DNA from: Nitrosopumilus sp.
GTDB taxonomy: Archaea > Thermoproteota > Nitrososphaeria > Nitrososphaerales > Nitrosopumilaceae
Length of the DNA: 64,000 nucleotides
Direction: 5' to 3'
NCBI GenBank assembly: GCA_965218785.1
Contig: OZ244650.1
Location: 384,001 to 448,000, forward strand
In this document: piece after piece, positions 19,131-28,840 of the stretch
Position numbering within the stretch: position 1 is the first letter of the stretch
Layout of the letters: the number at the start of each line of letters is the position of its first letter
The notes under the pieces: model-generated
Told to the model about the DNA's origin: nothing
Seen by the model: only the letters and a program-made list of their open reading frames with translations
Databases searched by the model: none
Program-made: the position numbers and the translations under genes

Positions 19131-20683
19131 TGGAATATGCGTTATTACAGGCAATCTTCTTGCCTCTCTTACTATCTCCGGTAGCCTACATTATTGGAAG
19201 AAGGGCTGGTCCCACGCCTGCAATGTGGTTTACGTTTGCAGTTTTGCTCTACACCACGGTTCTTGTAATTACCGCCGCACTATCTGGAACCGTCGAAGAA
19301 CATTATCCGTGGACAGAACTCTTCGGCGAGTTTGGCTTCCTGCTTGACGGTCTGTCATCGCCGTTTGCCATAATCATCTATGTGTTATCGACAATTCTGG
19401 CACTTTACTCAAAACCATACATGATTCACAAGTTCCACGAGCAGTTCAAAGAAGAGCAACAGATCACCGCATCTGCGGGCGGGCAGACCTCGGTAGTTGA
19501 GACGACATCTCTTTCGAATTATGTTAATGCAAAGTCCGGGCTCTACTTTGCACTCTATCTGGTCTTTGCAATGGGGATGCTCGGTACGGTTCTTGCAACA
19601 AACCTGATTGAATTTTACCTGTTCTTTGAATTCATGCTGATTCCCGGTTTCTTCCTGGTCGCACTATGGGGTGACGGTCCGAGAAGAAAGATCGGACTGA
19701 TGTTCCTGTTCTGGACGCATGCCGGTGCAGTAGTCTTGCTGCTGGGATTCCTGATGATCGGTCTTACCATTGGAAGTTTTGATTTTGCAGACATCCGGGA
19801 ATCTGAGATCCCGCAGGATATAGCAATGTTTTCTGCTGTTGCAATTGCAATAGGACTCGGCGTCAAGCTGGCAGTCTTTATGTTTCATATCTGGCTGCCA
19901 TATGTCCACGGTTCTGCACCCACACCAATCAGCGCATTGCTGTCTCCTGCCATGATCGGAATCGGCGCCTATGGCATCTTCAGACTGATTGTAGAGTTTC
20001 TGCCCTCGACATTTGCCGACCTTGCAATATGGTTCCACATCTGGGGTCTTGTCACAATGATTTATGGCGGGGCGATGGCACTGATGCAAGATGATCTAAA
20101 GCGTCTTCTTGCATATTCTAGCATCAGCCAGATGGGCTACCTCCTGTTTGGCATCGGCTCGATATCTGTACTGGGACTTGCAGGTGCGGAGATGATGTAT
20201 GTGACTCACGCACTTGGAAAAGGCATTCTCTTTATGATGGCCGGAATCATCATCGTCAAGGTTGGAACCCGCAGCATCTCCAAACTTGGCGGATTGGCAG
20301 GAAGGATGCCAATTACTGCAGTATGTGCGGTAATAGGTGCATTGACCATCATGGGAATTCCGCCAACTAGCGGCTTTATGGGTGAATGGCTTTTATTTTA
20401 TGGCGCATTAGAGACTGCAATTAATGAGGGCTCCACACTTAGGGCAGTAACATTTGGTCTGGGTCTTGTTGCCACCGTCCTTACAATGTCTTACATGCTT
20501 TGGATGCTAAAACGCATATTCTTTGGAAAAATCCCAGAACACCTTGAAAAAGTCAAGGAGGCAGGCTGGTACATGACTGCACCGATGATGGTGCTGGCAG
20601 GTTTTACCGTAATACTGGGAATTTATCCGGACATCTTCCTAAAGACGATAATTCCGTACATGAATGGAGTGCTGGGAGTCTAG
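19130..20683 (+). CDS. nuoM: Complex I subunit M
   Basis: FYLFFEFMLIP, FHIWLPYVHGSAPTP, AYSSISQMG. Confidence 0.92.
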   Translation: MEYALLQAIFLPLLLSPVAYIIGRRAGPTPAMWFTFAVLLYTTVLVITAALSGTVEEHYPWTELFGEFGFLLDGLSSPFAIIIYVLSTILALYSKPYMIHKFHEQFKEEQQITASAGGQTSVVETTSLSNYVNAKSGLYFALYLVFAMGMLGTVLATNLIEFYLFFEFMLIPGFFLVALWGDGPRRKIGLMFLFWTHAGAVVLLLGFLMIGLTIGSFDFADIRESEIPQDIAMFSAVAIAIGLGVKLAVFMFHIWLPYVHGSAPTPISALLSPAMIGIGAYGIFRLIVEFLPSTFADLAIWFHIWGLVTMIYGGAMALMQDDLKRLLAYSSISQMGYLLFGIGSISVLGLAGAEMMYVTHALGKGILFMMAGIIIVKVGTRSISKLGGLAGRMPITAVCAVIGALTIMGIPPTSGFMGEWLLFYGALETAINEGSTLRAVTFGLGLVATVLTMSYMLWMLKRIFFGKIPEHLEKVKEAGWYMTAPMMVLAGFTVILGIYPDIFLKTIIPYMNGVLGV

Positions 20684-20684
20684 C

Positions 20685-22763
20685 ATGGCAACAGAATCAC
20701 TCGGCCTGCCATTTGAACCAAGCACTCTTGGTGCATGGCTTGTCTGGATCCTTCCATTTGCCGCCGCGTTAATCATACCCGGAGTTGGAAGACTCTCAAA
20801 GCACGTCACCGGATATGTCGCAGTAGGATTTGCCCTGATGAGTGCGTTGTCTGCCGCATCACTGCTTCCTGCGGCCTTGGAGGCACACGAACTGCACCAT
20901 CAGATTATGTGGATTGAATCGATTGGTCTAAAGGCCGGCGTGTTGGCCGATCCGCTCTCCATAATCATGGCAAATGTCGTTGGATGGATTTCATTTCTGA
21001 TTATGATTTACAGCACGGGATACATGAAGGGTGATAAGAACATTGTCCGGTTCTGGTTCTGGATGCTGTTCTTTATTGGCTCCATGCAGTTAATCGTACT
21101 CTCTGACAACCTGCTTCAGGTATTCTTCGGATGGGAGGGCGTGGGACTGGCATCATACGCACTGATCAGCTTTTGGTATCGTGATAAAAAGAAGGATCAC
21201 GTCGGTACTGAAGGAAGAACGGTTCTTGGCATGCTGGATTACTATTCCCCGACACATGCCGGCATGAAGGCGTTTATCATGACCAAAGTCGGCGATGTGA
21301 TGATGCTTGCGGGAATGTTTCTGATATTTGTCTTTGCAGGCACCTTTGGTTTCAAGGAACTAATCGGGGATACTGAATGGGCCACTGCAATGTCTGCCCA
21401 GGGCCTCCTGGTTCCCGCATTTGTCTTACTCTTTGGCGGTGCCATGGGAAAATCCGCCCAGTTCCCGCTAAACGAATGGCTCCTAGAGGCGATGACTGGC
21501 CCTACTGCCGTCTCTGCATTGATTCACGCGGCAACCATGGTAAAGGCAGGCGTGTTCCTGGTTGCAAGAATCGGTCCCCTTGTTTTTGCACTGGCCGCTG
21601 CGGGAATTCTGGCAGATCAATTCTTTGAGATTATTGCCTGGGTTGGTGCAATTACTGCACTACTACTAGCTACGCAGGGGATGGTTAATGGTGAAATTAA
21701 GAAGGTTCTTGCCTATTCTACGGGCTCTCAAATCGGCTATATGATGATGGCACTAGGCGTTGCAGGACTGTCCCATCAGTACGTTGATGGCTATACTGCG
21801 GGATTTTACCATCTAATCTCCCATGCAATGTTCAAGGCCTCCCTGTTTATGGCAGCAGGCTCTTTGCTGCATGTTGTCGGCTCACGATTCATGGCAGACA
21901 TGGGCGGTCTGAGAAAACACATGAAGAAAACATATGTATTCATGTGGGCAGCAGGTCTTGGTCTGATGGGTGCGCCGTTTATCACGACAGGTTTCTGGAG
22001 TAAGGATGCTATATTTGCGGCAGTTTACGAGTCTGGAAATGAATGGGCGCTGCCATTGTACATCATTGCCGTCCTGACTGCGGTGATCACTGCATTTTAC
22101 ACTACAAGGATGATTGGAATGGTCTTCTTTGGAAAGAAGAGCAAGCACATTGAAAGGATGGAGGAACAGGGACACCCCATCCATGAGGCACCACTATCCA
22201 TGTGGGTCCCATATGGAATTCTTGCGGTTCTGACCATTGGAATCGGCCTGATCGGATTATCCGCCGAGGAAGGACTGCACCACCTGTTTACTGAATATCT
22301 TGAGGAATCATTTGGTATTCACACCGCACATCTTGCAACAGAGGCCTCGATCCTGCCGGAGTTCCTGCAGGGGCTCAACCCCGTCGCACTAGGCTCGTCA
22401 TTGGCAGCCTTTGCAATAGGAATAGGACTGGGCTATATCTTTTATATCGGCAGATGGGTTGATCCCGTAAGATTTGTAAATTCCAACATCTTCTTTTATG
22501 CGATTCACAAGGTTCTCCTAAACAGATGGTATCTTAATGCAATAATTTATTGGTGTTTTGTCACTACACCATTATGGCTGGCAAGAGGCGTGTTTAGATA
22601 CTTTGAAAAGACGGCAATTGATTACGGTATGAACAGCGGACTACAAAAAGCAGTCGTATGGAGTGCCAAAGTAGTACAGGGAACCCAGACTGGCGTCTCA
22701 CAATCATACCTATTCGTATTTGGAGCGGGATTACTATTCGTAGTCCTGATGTTGTTGATATAG
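20685..22763 (+). CDS. nuoL: Complex I subunit L
   Basis: GWEGVG, GKSAQFP, AMTGPTAVSALIHAATMV, HAMFKASLF. Confidence 0.94.
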   Translation: MATESLGLPFEPSTLGAWLVWILPFAAALIIPGVGRLSKHVTGYVAVGFALMSALSAASLLPAALEAHELHHQIMWIESIGLKAGVLADPLSIIMANVVGWISFLIMIYSTGYMKGDKNIVRFWFWMLFFIGSMQLIVLSDNLLQVFFGWEGVGLASYALISFWYRDKKKDHVGTEGRTVLGMLDYYSPTHAGMKAFIMTKVGDVMMLAGMFLIFVFAGTFGFKELIGDTEWATAMSAQGLLVPAFVLLFGGAMGKSAQFPLNEWLLEAMTGPTAVSALIHAATMVKAGVFLVARIGPLVFALAAAGILADQFFEIIAWVGAITALLLATQGMVNGEIKKVLAYSTGSQIGYMMMALGVAGLSHQYVDGYTAGFYHLISHAMFKASLFMAAGSLLHVVGSRFMADMGGLRKHMKKTYVFMWAAGLGLMGAPFITTGFWSKDAIFAAVYESGNEWALPLYIIAVLTAVITAFYTTRMIGMVFFGKKSKHIERMEEQGHPIHEAPLSMWVPYGILAVLTIGIGLIGLSAEEGLHHLFTEYLEESFGIHTAHLATEASILPEFLQGLNPVALGSSLAAFAIGIGLGYIFYIGRWVDPVRFVNSNIFFYAIHKVLLNRWYLNAIIYWCFVTTPLWLARGVFRYFEKTAIDYGMNSGLQKAVVWSAKVVQGTQTGVSQSYLFVFGAGLLFVVLMLLI

Positions 22764-22775
22764 GAGATATGTGAG

Positions 22776-24260
22776 ATGTTAGATATTACTTCCACTCCGT
22801 TGGTATTAATTGCAATCCTGGGAACCGTGGGAATCGTTCTTCCGATAATCAGTATTGCAAGAAAGGAAAAAGGCTCCAACTCGTTTTATGCAGTAATTGC
22901 ATTTGCGGCGTTAATCGCATCCATGGGATATGTTGGCTACCAATTCATCAATGATAACGTTGCAGCGTCTGCCCTCTTCTCTGAAGACGTTCTAGTTGAC
23001 GATGCGTTTGGCGGATTCTTTGCAATAGCGATGCTAATTGTCGCCTTGTTCACCACCGTTGGTTCTTTTAATTACATGAGAAAACACAATTCTCCTGCGG
23101 TCTACTATTCCCTAATTCTGCTTGCAACAATCGGCATGGTACTAGTCGCATATTCTACTGACTTGGTAATGCTGTTTGTTGCATGGGAACTCATGAGTAT
23201 TCCAACATACATCTTGGTTGGATTTATGAAAAAGAATCCAAGCTCCAATGAGGCTGCCCTAAAGTACTTTTTGTTTGGCGCAATGTCTTCTGCCATAATT
23301 GTTTACGGAATTTCAATCTCATATGGACTGACTGGTTCTACAAACATAGGACAAGTCATCGAGGCCTACTCGGTACTAGATCCGTCATTACTGCCGCTTG
23401 CACTACTTTCAGTTGGGATGTTTATCGCCGGATTTGGATTCAAAATGGGGCTTGTACCATTCCATCAGTGGCTTCCTGATACCTATGAGGGGGCGCCATC
23501 TCCAATCACGGCCCTTCTTGCCGCAGCAACCAAAAAGGCGGGATTTGCCGCGACAATTAGGATTGTAATTCTTGGAATGGTCGTTTTAAATCTTGACTGG
23601 ACACTGGCACTTGGAATTCTTGCCGTGATGACGATGACTGTTGGCAACGTCGCTGCAATCATGCAAAAGAACCTCTCTAGGATGCTGGCATACTCTAGTA
23701 TTGCACATGCGGGATACATTCTCATTGGACTTGCAGTCGCCCCCTACAGCTCACTTGGCCTGCAGGGCTCGTTATATCAGATTCTAAATCATGCGGTAAT
23801 GAAGGGTGCGGCCTTTATTGCAATTGCAGGACTAGTCACCACTCTTGCCGTAACTAATATTGACAAGCTAAGCGGACTGGGAAGGAAGATGCCCATTACC
23901 GCGCTAGGCATGGTCATCTCATTGTTTGCACTTGCCGGTATTCCGCCACTTGCAGGCTTTTGGAGCAAACTGATGCTCTTTGGCAGCGCATTGGATGCGA
24001 CTCCTGCATTATGGTGGGCGCCATGGCTTGCAGTTGCCGGCGTACTTAACAGTGCCCTGTCGCTTGCCTACTACGGCTGGATAACAAGAAAGATGTACTT
24101 TGAGGGGGAAAAGGAAAAGAGAATTGCAGAACCAAAATCAGTCGTCGCCATTATGATTACCTCGACACTCTTTCTGGTAGGATTTGGCATATACCCCGAA
24201 CCGATTCTTCAACTAGTAGAGATGGCAGCACCAGTTATCAGTTTGGATATTATACCTTAA
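22776..24260 (+). CDS. nuoN: Complex I subunit N
   Basis: EAALKYF, FKMGLVPFHQWLPDTYEGAP, AYSSIAHAGY. Confidence 0.94.
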   Translation: MLDITSTPLVLIAILGTVGIVLPIISIARKEKGSNSFYAVIAFAALIASMGYVGYQFINDNVAASALFSEDVLVDDAFGGFFAIAMLIVALFTTVGSFNYMRKHNSPAVYYSLILLATIGMVLVAYSTDLVMLFVAWELMSIPTYILVGFMKKNPSSNEAALKYFLFGAMSSAIIVYGISISYGLTGSTNIGQVIEAYSVLDPSLLPLALLSVGMFIAGFGFKMGLVPFHQWLPDTYEGAPSPITALLAAATKKAGFAATIRIVILGMVVLNLDWTLALGILAVMTMTVGNVAAIMQKNLSRMLAYSSIAHAGYILIGLAVAPYSSLGLQGSLYQILNHAVMKGAAFIAIAGLVTTLAVTNIDKLSGLGRKMPITALGMVISLFALAGIPPLAGFWSKLMLFGSALDATPALWWAPWLAVAGVLNSALSLAYYGWITRKMYFEGEKEKRIAEPKSVVAIMITSTLFLVGFGIYPEPILQLVEMAAPVISLDIIP

Positions 24261-25128
24261 ACGAGGTAAAATTAATCAGGTTATCCAATCTTGTCTTTGA
24301 ATCGCAATCTGGAATTTTTCTCAGACCGATTCTGGCTTTTTCGGAATATTCTTTTAGCAGTTCCTCCATCTTGTTAAAAACGTCCCTTGGATCCGAACTT
24401 TTCTTGATCAACATGTTAAACAGCTTGTCCTCATTTTTCCAATCCAGCAAATCATCTCTGATCTGATATGCAATTCCAATATTTTTGCCGTATACTGTCA
24501 GTGCTTCGATCTGTTCTTCGGTTCCGTTTGCAATGATTGCACCCGTCCTGGCTGCGACTTCAAATGCCGTTGCAGTCTTGTATTCAATTACCTTGAGATA
24601 GTCATCAAATGTAACATCCTCATTTGCCTCCAGCCTGCTTTCAATCATCTCTCCCTCGCTCATCAGCATTGCAGTAGTGGCCAGATCTTTTGTAATTCTG
24701 GCATTGTCCAACCTGGAAGATATTGCAAGAATTAATCCCAAGACAAAGTCACCTGTGAGAACGCTGGTGTTGTATCCGTACTTTATGTGAAACGGATCCT
24801 TTTGTCTTCGCATGGTTTCGTTATCGATAATATCATCATGGATGATTGACTCCATATGCAGAAATTCCACGGCACAGGATGCCGCAAGTGTATTCTCATC
24901 AATCTCCCCCACACTCTCTGCTGCCAGAGTCAGGATAATGGGCCTGATTCGCTTTCCACCATCTAGGGAATACTTTAGCGGCTCTATGAACTCTGAATCG
25001 GAGTAAATATCCAGTTCCCTCTCTAGGGCCTGATCTATCTTTTTAATATACATGCCATAGGTTTCAAGCAGGGGATTAATCTCAATATTTTTCCTATCCA
25101 AGATAATCTGATCAAAAAGCTTTGCCAT
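24250..25128 (-). CDS. Polyprenyl diphosphate synthase, probably medium chain
   Basis: GGKRIRP, FARM HDDIID..RR, YKTA, SARM QIRDDLLD; no aromatic residue 5 before FARM. Confidence 0.9.
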   Translation of the reverse strand: MAKLFDQIILDRKNIEINPLLETYGMYIKKIDQALERELDIYSDSEFIEPLKYSLDGGKRIRPIILTLAAESVGEIDENTLAASCAVEFLHMESIIHDDIIDNETMRRQKDPFHIKYGYNTSVLTGDFVLGLILAISSRLDNARITKDLATTAMLMSEGEMIESRLEANEDVTFDDYLKVIEYKTATAFEVAARTGAIIANGTEEQIEALTVYGKNIGIAYQIRDDLLDWKNEDKLFNMLIKKSSDPRDVFNKMEELLKEYSEKARIGLRKIPDCDSKTRLDNLINFTSFKV

Positions 25129-25142
25129 TACTAATTAAATCT

Positions 25143-25236
25143 TGGTGCTCCAGCCGGGACTTTCATCTGTTGATTTTGAACCCGGGATCACTGCCTTGAA
25201 AGGGCAGTATGCTTGACCGGTCTACACCACTGGAAC
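25143..25236 (-). tRNA. tRNA-Glu(TTC) with encoded CCA and a 15-nt non-canonical T-loop intron (25160-25174)
   Basis: Acceptor GTTCCAG/CTGGAGC; anticodon arm CTGCC-CTTTCAA-GGCAG; T arm interrupted by a BHB motif TTCA-AAA-TC..GA-TGAA-AGT. Confidence 0.92.
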
Positions 25237-25316
25237 CCAAGAAAATTCAGTATCCTGACCATAAAATCTTTTGTAAACCGCAAAGATTTTTTTACTGGCA
25301 AATTTGGAGATGAAAC

Positions 25317-25949
25317 ATGAATATCGTGAAAAGAATCGATGAAATGATTGAAGAAAAAAGTCTACTAAAGCACCCATTTTACCAGATGTGGTCTGATGGA
25401 AAATTGACACGGGGGTCTCTGGCAGGCTATTCTAAGGAATATTTTCAGCTTGTAAAGGCAGTTCCGTCCTTTATGACTATAATTATTGAACAGGCTCCAA
25501 ACTGGGCAGTAAATGAGCTGGTTGCAAACCAGCAGGAGGAATCTGCCCATATCTCACCGTGGATCAGCTTTGCAGGGGAACTTGGTATAACCGGGGAGGA
25601 ACTTGGCTCTTATTCCGGGCTGCCCAAAACCCGCAGGGCCGTATCTGATTTGAATGAATTGATGGGCACCTTTGAGGGCGGGGCGTGTGCCATGTATGCC
25701 TTTGAAAAAGAGATTCCCAAAATCAGTCAGACAAAGCTTGATGGTCTTGCAGAATTTTATGGAATGACCAATAACGGGGCCACGGAATACTTTAAACTTC
25801 ATACTGAGGCAGACATCAGACATGCTGCGTCATGGAGGGGCATTTTAGATGCCACTTTGACTGATTCGGAGAGCCTGCTTGAGATTGCAGATAAATCCAT
25901 CTTGGCGCAAAACCTGCTGCTTGATAGCTGTTATGAAGAATATTGCTAG
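25317..25949 (+). CDS. CADD/PqqC/TenA heme-oxygenase-like di-metal protein
   Basis: LLKHPFYQMWSDGKLT, EE..H, YAFE, HTEADIRH metal-ligand pattern. Confidence 0.85.
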   Translation: MNIVKRIDEMIEEKSLLKHPFYQMWSDGKLTRGSLAGYSKEYFQLVKAVPSFMTIIIEQAPNWAVNELVANQQEESAHISPWISFAGELGITGEELGSYSGLPKTRRAVSDLNELMGTFEGGACAMYAFEKEIPKISQTKLDGLAEFYGMTNNGATEYFKLHTEADIRHAASWRGILDATLTDSESLLEIADKSILAQNLLLDSCYEEYC

Positions 25950-25990
25950 TCTCATAACATTTTATACCCAAGTAAGAATTCATCTGCTTG

Positions 25991-26064
25991 GGGCCCGTAA
26001 CTCAGCTTGGTAGAGTAACCGGCTCATAACCGGTGAGCCAAGGGATCGAAGCCCTTCGGGCCCA
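25991..26064 (+). tRNA. tRNA with CAT anticodon, probably tRNA-Ile2 (agmatidine type) rather than Met
   Basis: Acceptor GGGCCCG/CGGGCCC (Ile-like); anticodon arm ACCGG-CTCATAA-CCGGT; lacks the initiator GGG/CCC anticodon stem. Confidence 0.88.
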
Positions 26065-26184
26065 TTACCCACATGCACATTGCCGGTCTGAAAACTGAAA
26101 AGTCCGGCAAAAAAACCTCTGCAAGGCAGTTACAAAACCATGAGACATCGTAGACATAAATAGATACTATACTTGGGAGAGAAA

Positions 26185-26790
26185 ATGAACAAACAAAAAT
26201 TAATAATAATCGGCGTTTTAATTGCAACTGCTATTTCAATAGCTTCTGTAGCTTCATTTGATATTCCAAGTGAAGACTATGTTTATACGCAATCTGATAT
26301 CACAAAAGCTAATCCAAAACTAATGGTATCTTCTGGTCTATACACCATGTTGGATAATATTAAACAAACTAAAAACACTATTCTCTTAACTGTTTCAGGA
26401 ACCGTGTTATCAGTTGGGGATCCAATAAATTGGTACTATCAAGGAGATACTTATGGCTCTGTTCCAGTTACTATAGAAATTGATAAAAAAACCAAAGATA
26501 TGGAGACCAAACTCCAATTAAAAAAAGGCGATGAATTCACGTTTTACCTGGGCGGTTTTTACCAAGGTGATCAGCATTTTATCCACGGTTATGAACCTCA
26601 ATTTGAATTAGGAGAAAAGACAATTATTCATGTTGGTAAATCTGATCAAGGGCCTGTTGGTCCTGATGGTGATAACTACTTTGTCGAACTAGGCGAGTTT
26701 GGCAAGTACAAGGTTGTTGGAGACAAAGCATACAATGAAAAATACCCCGATGGCAAATCATTAGATAAAGCATTTAATGAGGCCAAATAA
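26185..26790 (+). CDS. Hypothetical exported, beta-rich protein
   Basis: MNKQKLIIIGVLIATAISIASVA signal or anchor; 201 aa; no recognised motif. Confidence 0.75.
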   Translation: MNKQKLIIIGVLIATAISIASVASFDIPSEDYVYTQSDITKANPKLMVSSGLYTMLDNIKQTKNTILLTVSGTVLSVGDPINWYYQGDTYGSVPVTIEIDKKTKDMETKLQLKKGDEFTFYLGGFYQGDQHFIHGYEPQFELGEKTIIHVGKSDQGPVGPDGDNYFVELGEFGKYKVVGDKAYNEKYPDGKSLDKAFNEAK

Positions 26791-26867
26791 CCCGGCTGGT
26801 AATTGCAAGAAAGATGTGCAACAGTCTGTAGCTGCCGGCGGAATGAGGATGTTTGGGATACTGCAGG

Positions 26868-26919
26868 TTCCAAGGAAAAAAGCAAACAAAATCATTAGGA
26901 CAAAAAAGAGAGAATCTAT
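26868..26919 (+). repeat. Dispersed ~50-bp element, copy B
   Basis: TTCCAAGGAAAAAAGCAAACAAAATCATTAGGACAAAAAAGAGAGAATCTAT matches 2662-2710. Confidence 0.8.
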
Positions 26920-27301
26920 AGCAAAGCACAAGTTTGTGAATCATTCAGGATATTCCAATTTTATTATTCATATTTACCTTGGATAAACCCACCAATCTCT
27001 AATTTTTTGATGATTTTTAGTTCATGAACTTTCCTTTCGCTATGACATGGAAATCGACATGCACAGAAAATTCTTCAAGTCGAGGTATGGGCAACAACGG
27101 CAATGTCTTGTTTAATGAAGGGATTTAAAACACACATGCTGCCTTGCCGATTTTACAGATGTAGATTGTCATGATCAAATTGTAACTGACGCCTTTCTAA
27201 TTTTTCTGAATATTATATTCTTAATTCAGTTAAACTAGTGATGTTTTGTTTGACAAACTCACCGTGCTTGAATTTGATTCATATCAGTATCTTTTCTTTA
27301 C

Positions 27302-28216
27302 CTACATGTCCTGATCTAATCTTAAACCCTTGTATCGATTTCTTACTGTAACTTCAGTAACATTTGATGCTTCGGCGATATCACGCTGAGTTACATATTC
27401 ATCATTTTTTATACACGCCATGTATAGCGCAGCTGCGGCCAATCCCATGGGATCTTTTCCTGCGGATTCCTCATGTTCATTGGCAACCTTGAGTAATTTA
27501 GCTGCATATCGTTTTGTTTTTTCTGTCATTCCAAGCTTGCTTGCAATTCTTGCAATACATTGAATTGGATCAACTACGGGCATTTTCAGTCCCAACTCTT
27601 GATGTAGAATCCTATAACATCTAGAAATATCTTTTTTCTTGATATTGCCTGCATCTGCAACATCTTTTAGTGTTCTGGGAGTTTCTGTATCTCTGCATGC
27701 CGCATAAAGTGATGCTGCAATCAGTGCCGAAATGGAGCGACCCTTGACTAGTCCCCTTTCTAATGCTTTTCTGTAAATGTATGATGCTTTTTCAACTACT
27801 GAATCAGAAAGTGAAAGTTTGTCTTTCAGAGTGGATAACTGGTTTAATGCTTCTCTAAGATTTTTATCCGCAGATGCATGAACTTTGCTTCTGCTATCCC
27901 ATGTTCTCAGTCTTTCAATCGTACTTTTCATAGTAGATGTAAGTGGTTTTCCAGACGAGTCCTTGTTCATCGGATTGATGATGGTGGCAAGCCCCCTGTC
28001 GTGCATAGCCAGTGTTGTTGGAGCACCTGTTCTAGTTGGGTCCGCACCCCCTTCTTTTGAAAATGATCTCCATTCGGGCCCGGCGTCTTGTAATGTCTCA
28101 GAAATAACATAACCACATTTGCTACAAAATCTTTCCCCTGTGACATTATCTGTCAACATGGCATTTTTTCCACAACGCCGGCAGGTACTATCTGCATTGA
28201 TAACTTCTAAGACCAA
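27302..28216 (-). CDS. tfb: Transcription initiation factor IIB paralogue
   Basis: Zn ribbon CRRC..CSKC, GPEWRSF B-reader, GRS and GKDPMG cyclin repeats, VTEVTVRNRYK. Confidence 0.95.
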   Translation of the reverse strand: MVLEVINADSTCRRCGKNAMLTDNVTGERFCSKCGYVISETLQDAGPEWRSFSKEGGADPTRTGAPTTLAMHDRGLATIINPMNKDSSGKPLTSTMKSTIERLRTWDSRSKVHASADKNLREALNQLSTLKDKLSLSDSVVEKASYIYRKALERGLVKGRSISALIAASLYAACRDTETPRTLKDVADAGNIKKKDISRCYRILHQELGLKMPVVDPIQCIARIASKLGMTEKTKRYAAKLLKVANEHEESAGKDPMGLAAAALYMACIKNDEYVTQRDIAEASNVTEVTVRNRYKGLRLDQDM

Positions 28217-28348
28217 AGTATAAGACCAATATTGATTAATTTACTTCATATAATAAGTGACGTATTTCGGTTTTTTCCAGCCTTTAAATTAAAATCGTCA
28301 CTAGCCTAAAAAACATTCATCTTTAAGCGGGATAATCCAATTAAAACC

Positions 28349-28552
28349 ATGACAGCGAGAATAGAAGAAGAATTGGCAGAAATGAATCGATTAAAGAGAT
28401 TAGAATTGGAATTTCTGTTTTTTAAAGCCGGACTGGATAATGCCACGCTACAAAAATACCGTGATGCTTTAACAAATGAAAATACGGTCCAGGTGCAAAA
28501 CAGTGATCATATCACCCGATTGCAGCAAAACTCTAGAATCTTTGCTAAATGA
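28349..28552 (+). CDS. Small hypothetical protein divergent from tfb
   Basis: ATG start with TTTAAG ~25 bp upstream; helical composition. Confidence 0.5.
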   Translation: MTARIEEELAEMNRLKRLELEFLFFKAGLDNATLQKYRDALTNENTVQVQNSDHITRLQQNSRIFAK

Positions 28553-28840
28553 GAAGATCAAAGAGATTGACGTGAATTTTACGTCAGAAAGATGAGGCTA
28601 CAGATATGGCAGAATATCCAGTCAAATTTGAACCGTAACAGTATCTACCATCCGTCAAAATCAACCTGTCAGAAAAAACGTGATTGAGAATGTTCAAACA
28701 CTCCAATACGGCATTTTTACAATCTAGAAAATGACGGGTTTTCCATTCCCTGATGGGTATTGAAGAAATCATGGCTGAGAAAATAAGGGCATAACAATGC
28801 ACAAAAACCACGTCATTTGACGACACGTGGTGCTGTTAAC
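28533..28840 (+). pseudogene. Decayed AbiEii-like nucleotidyltransferase (type IV toxin) fragment
   Basis: Fragments in shifting frames: SVKINLS (28651), MGIEEIMAEKIRA* (28753-28794), KPRHL (28805) and DTW (28822). They resemble IKIDIS and EEIxAEKIRA..R.RDxYD.W. Confidence 0.55.

Noticed and set aside
13774-24260. Missing nuoEFG and nuoM placed before nuoL
   Set aside because: Expected organisation for ammonia-oxidising archaea; not novel.
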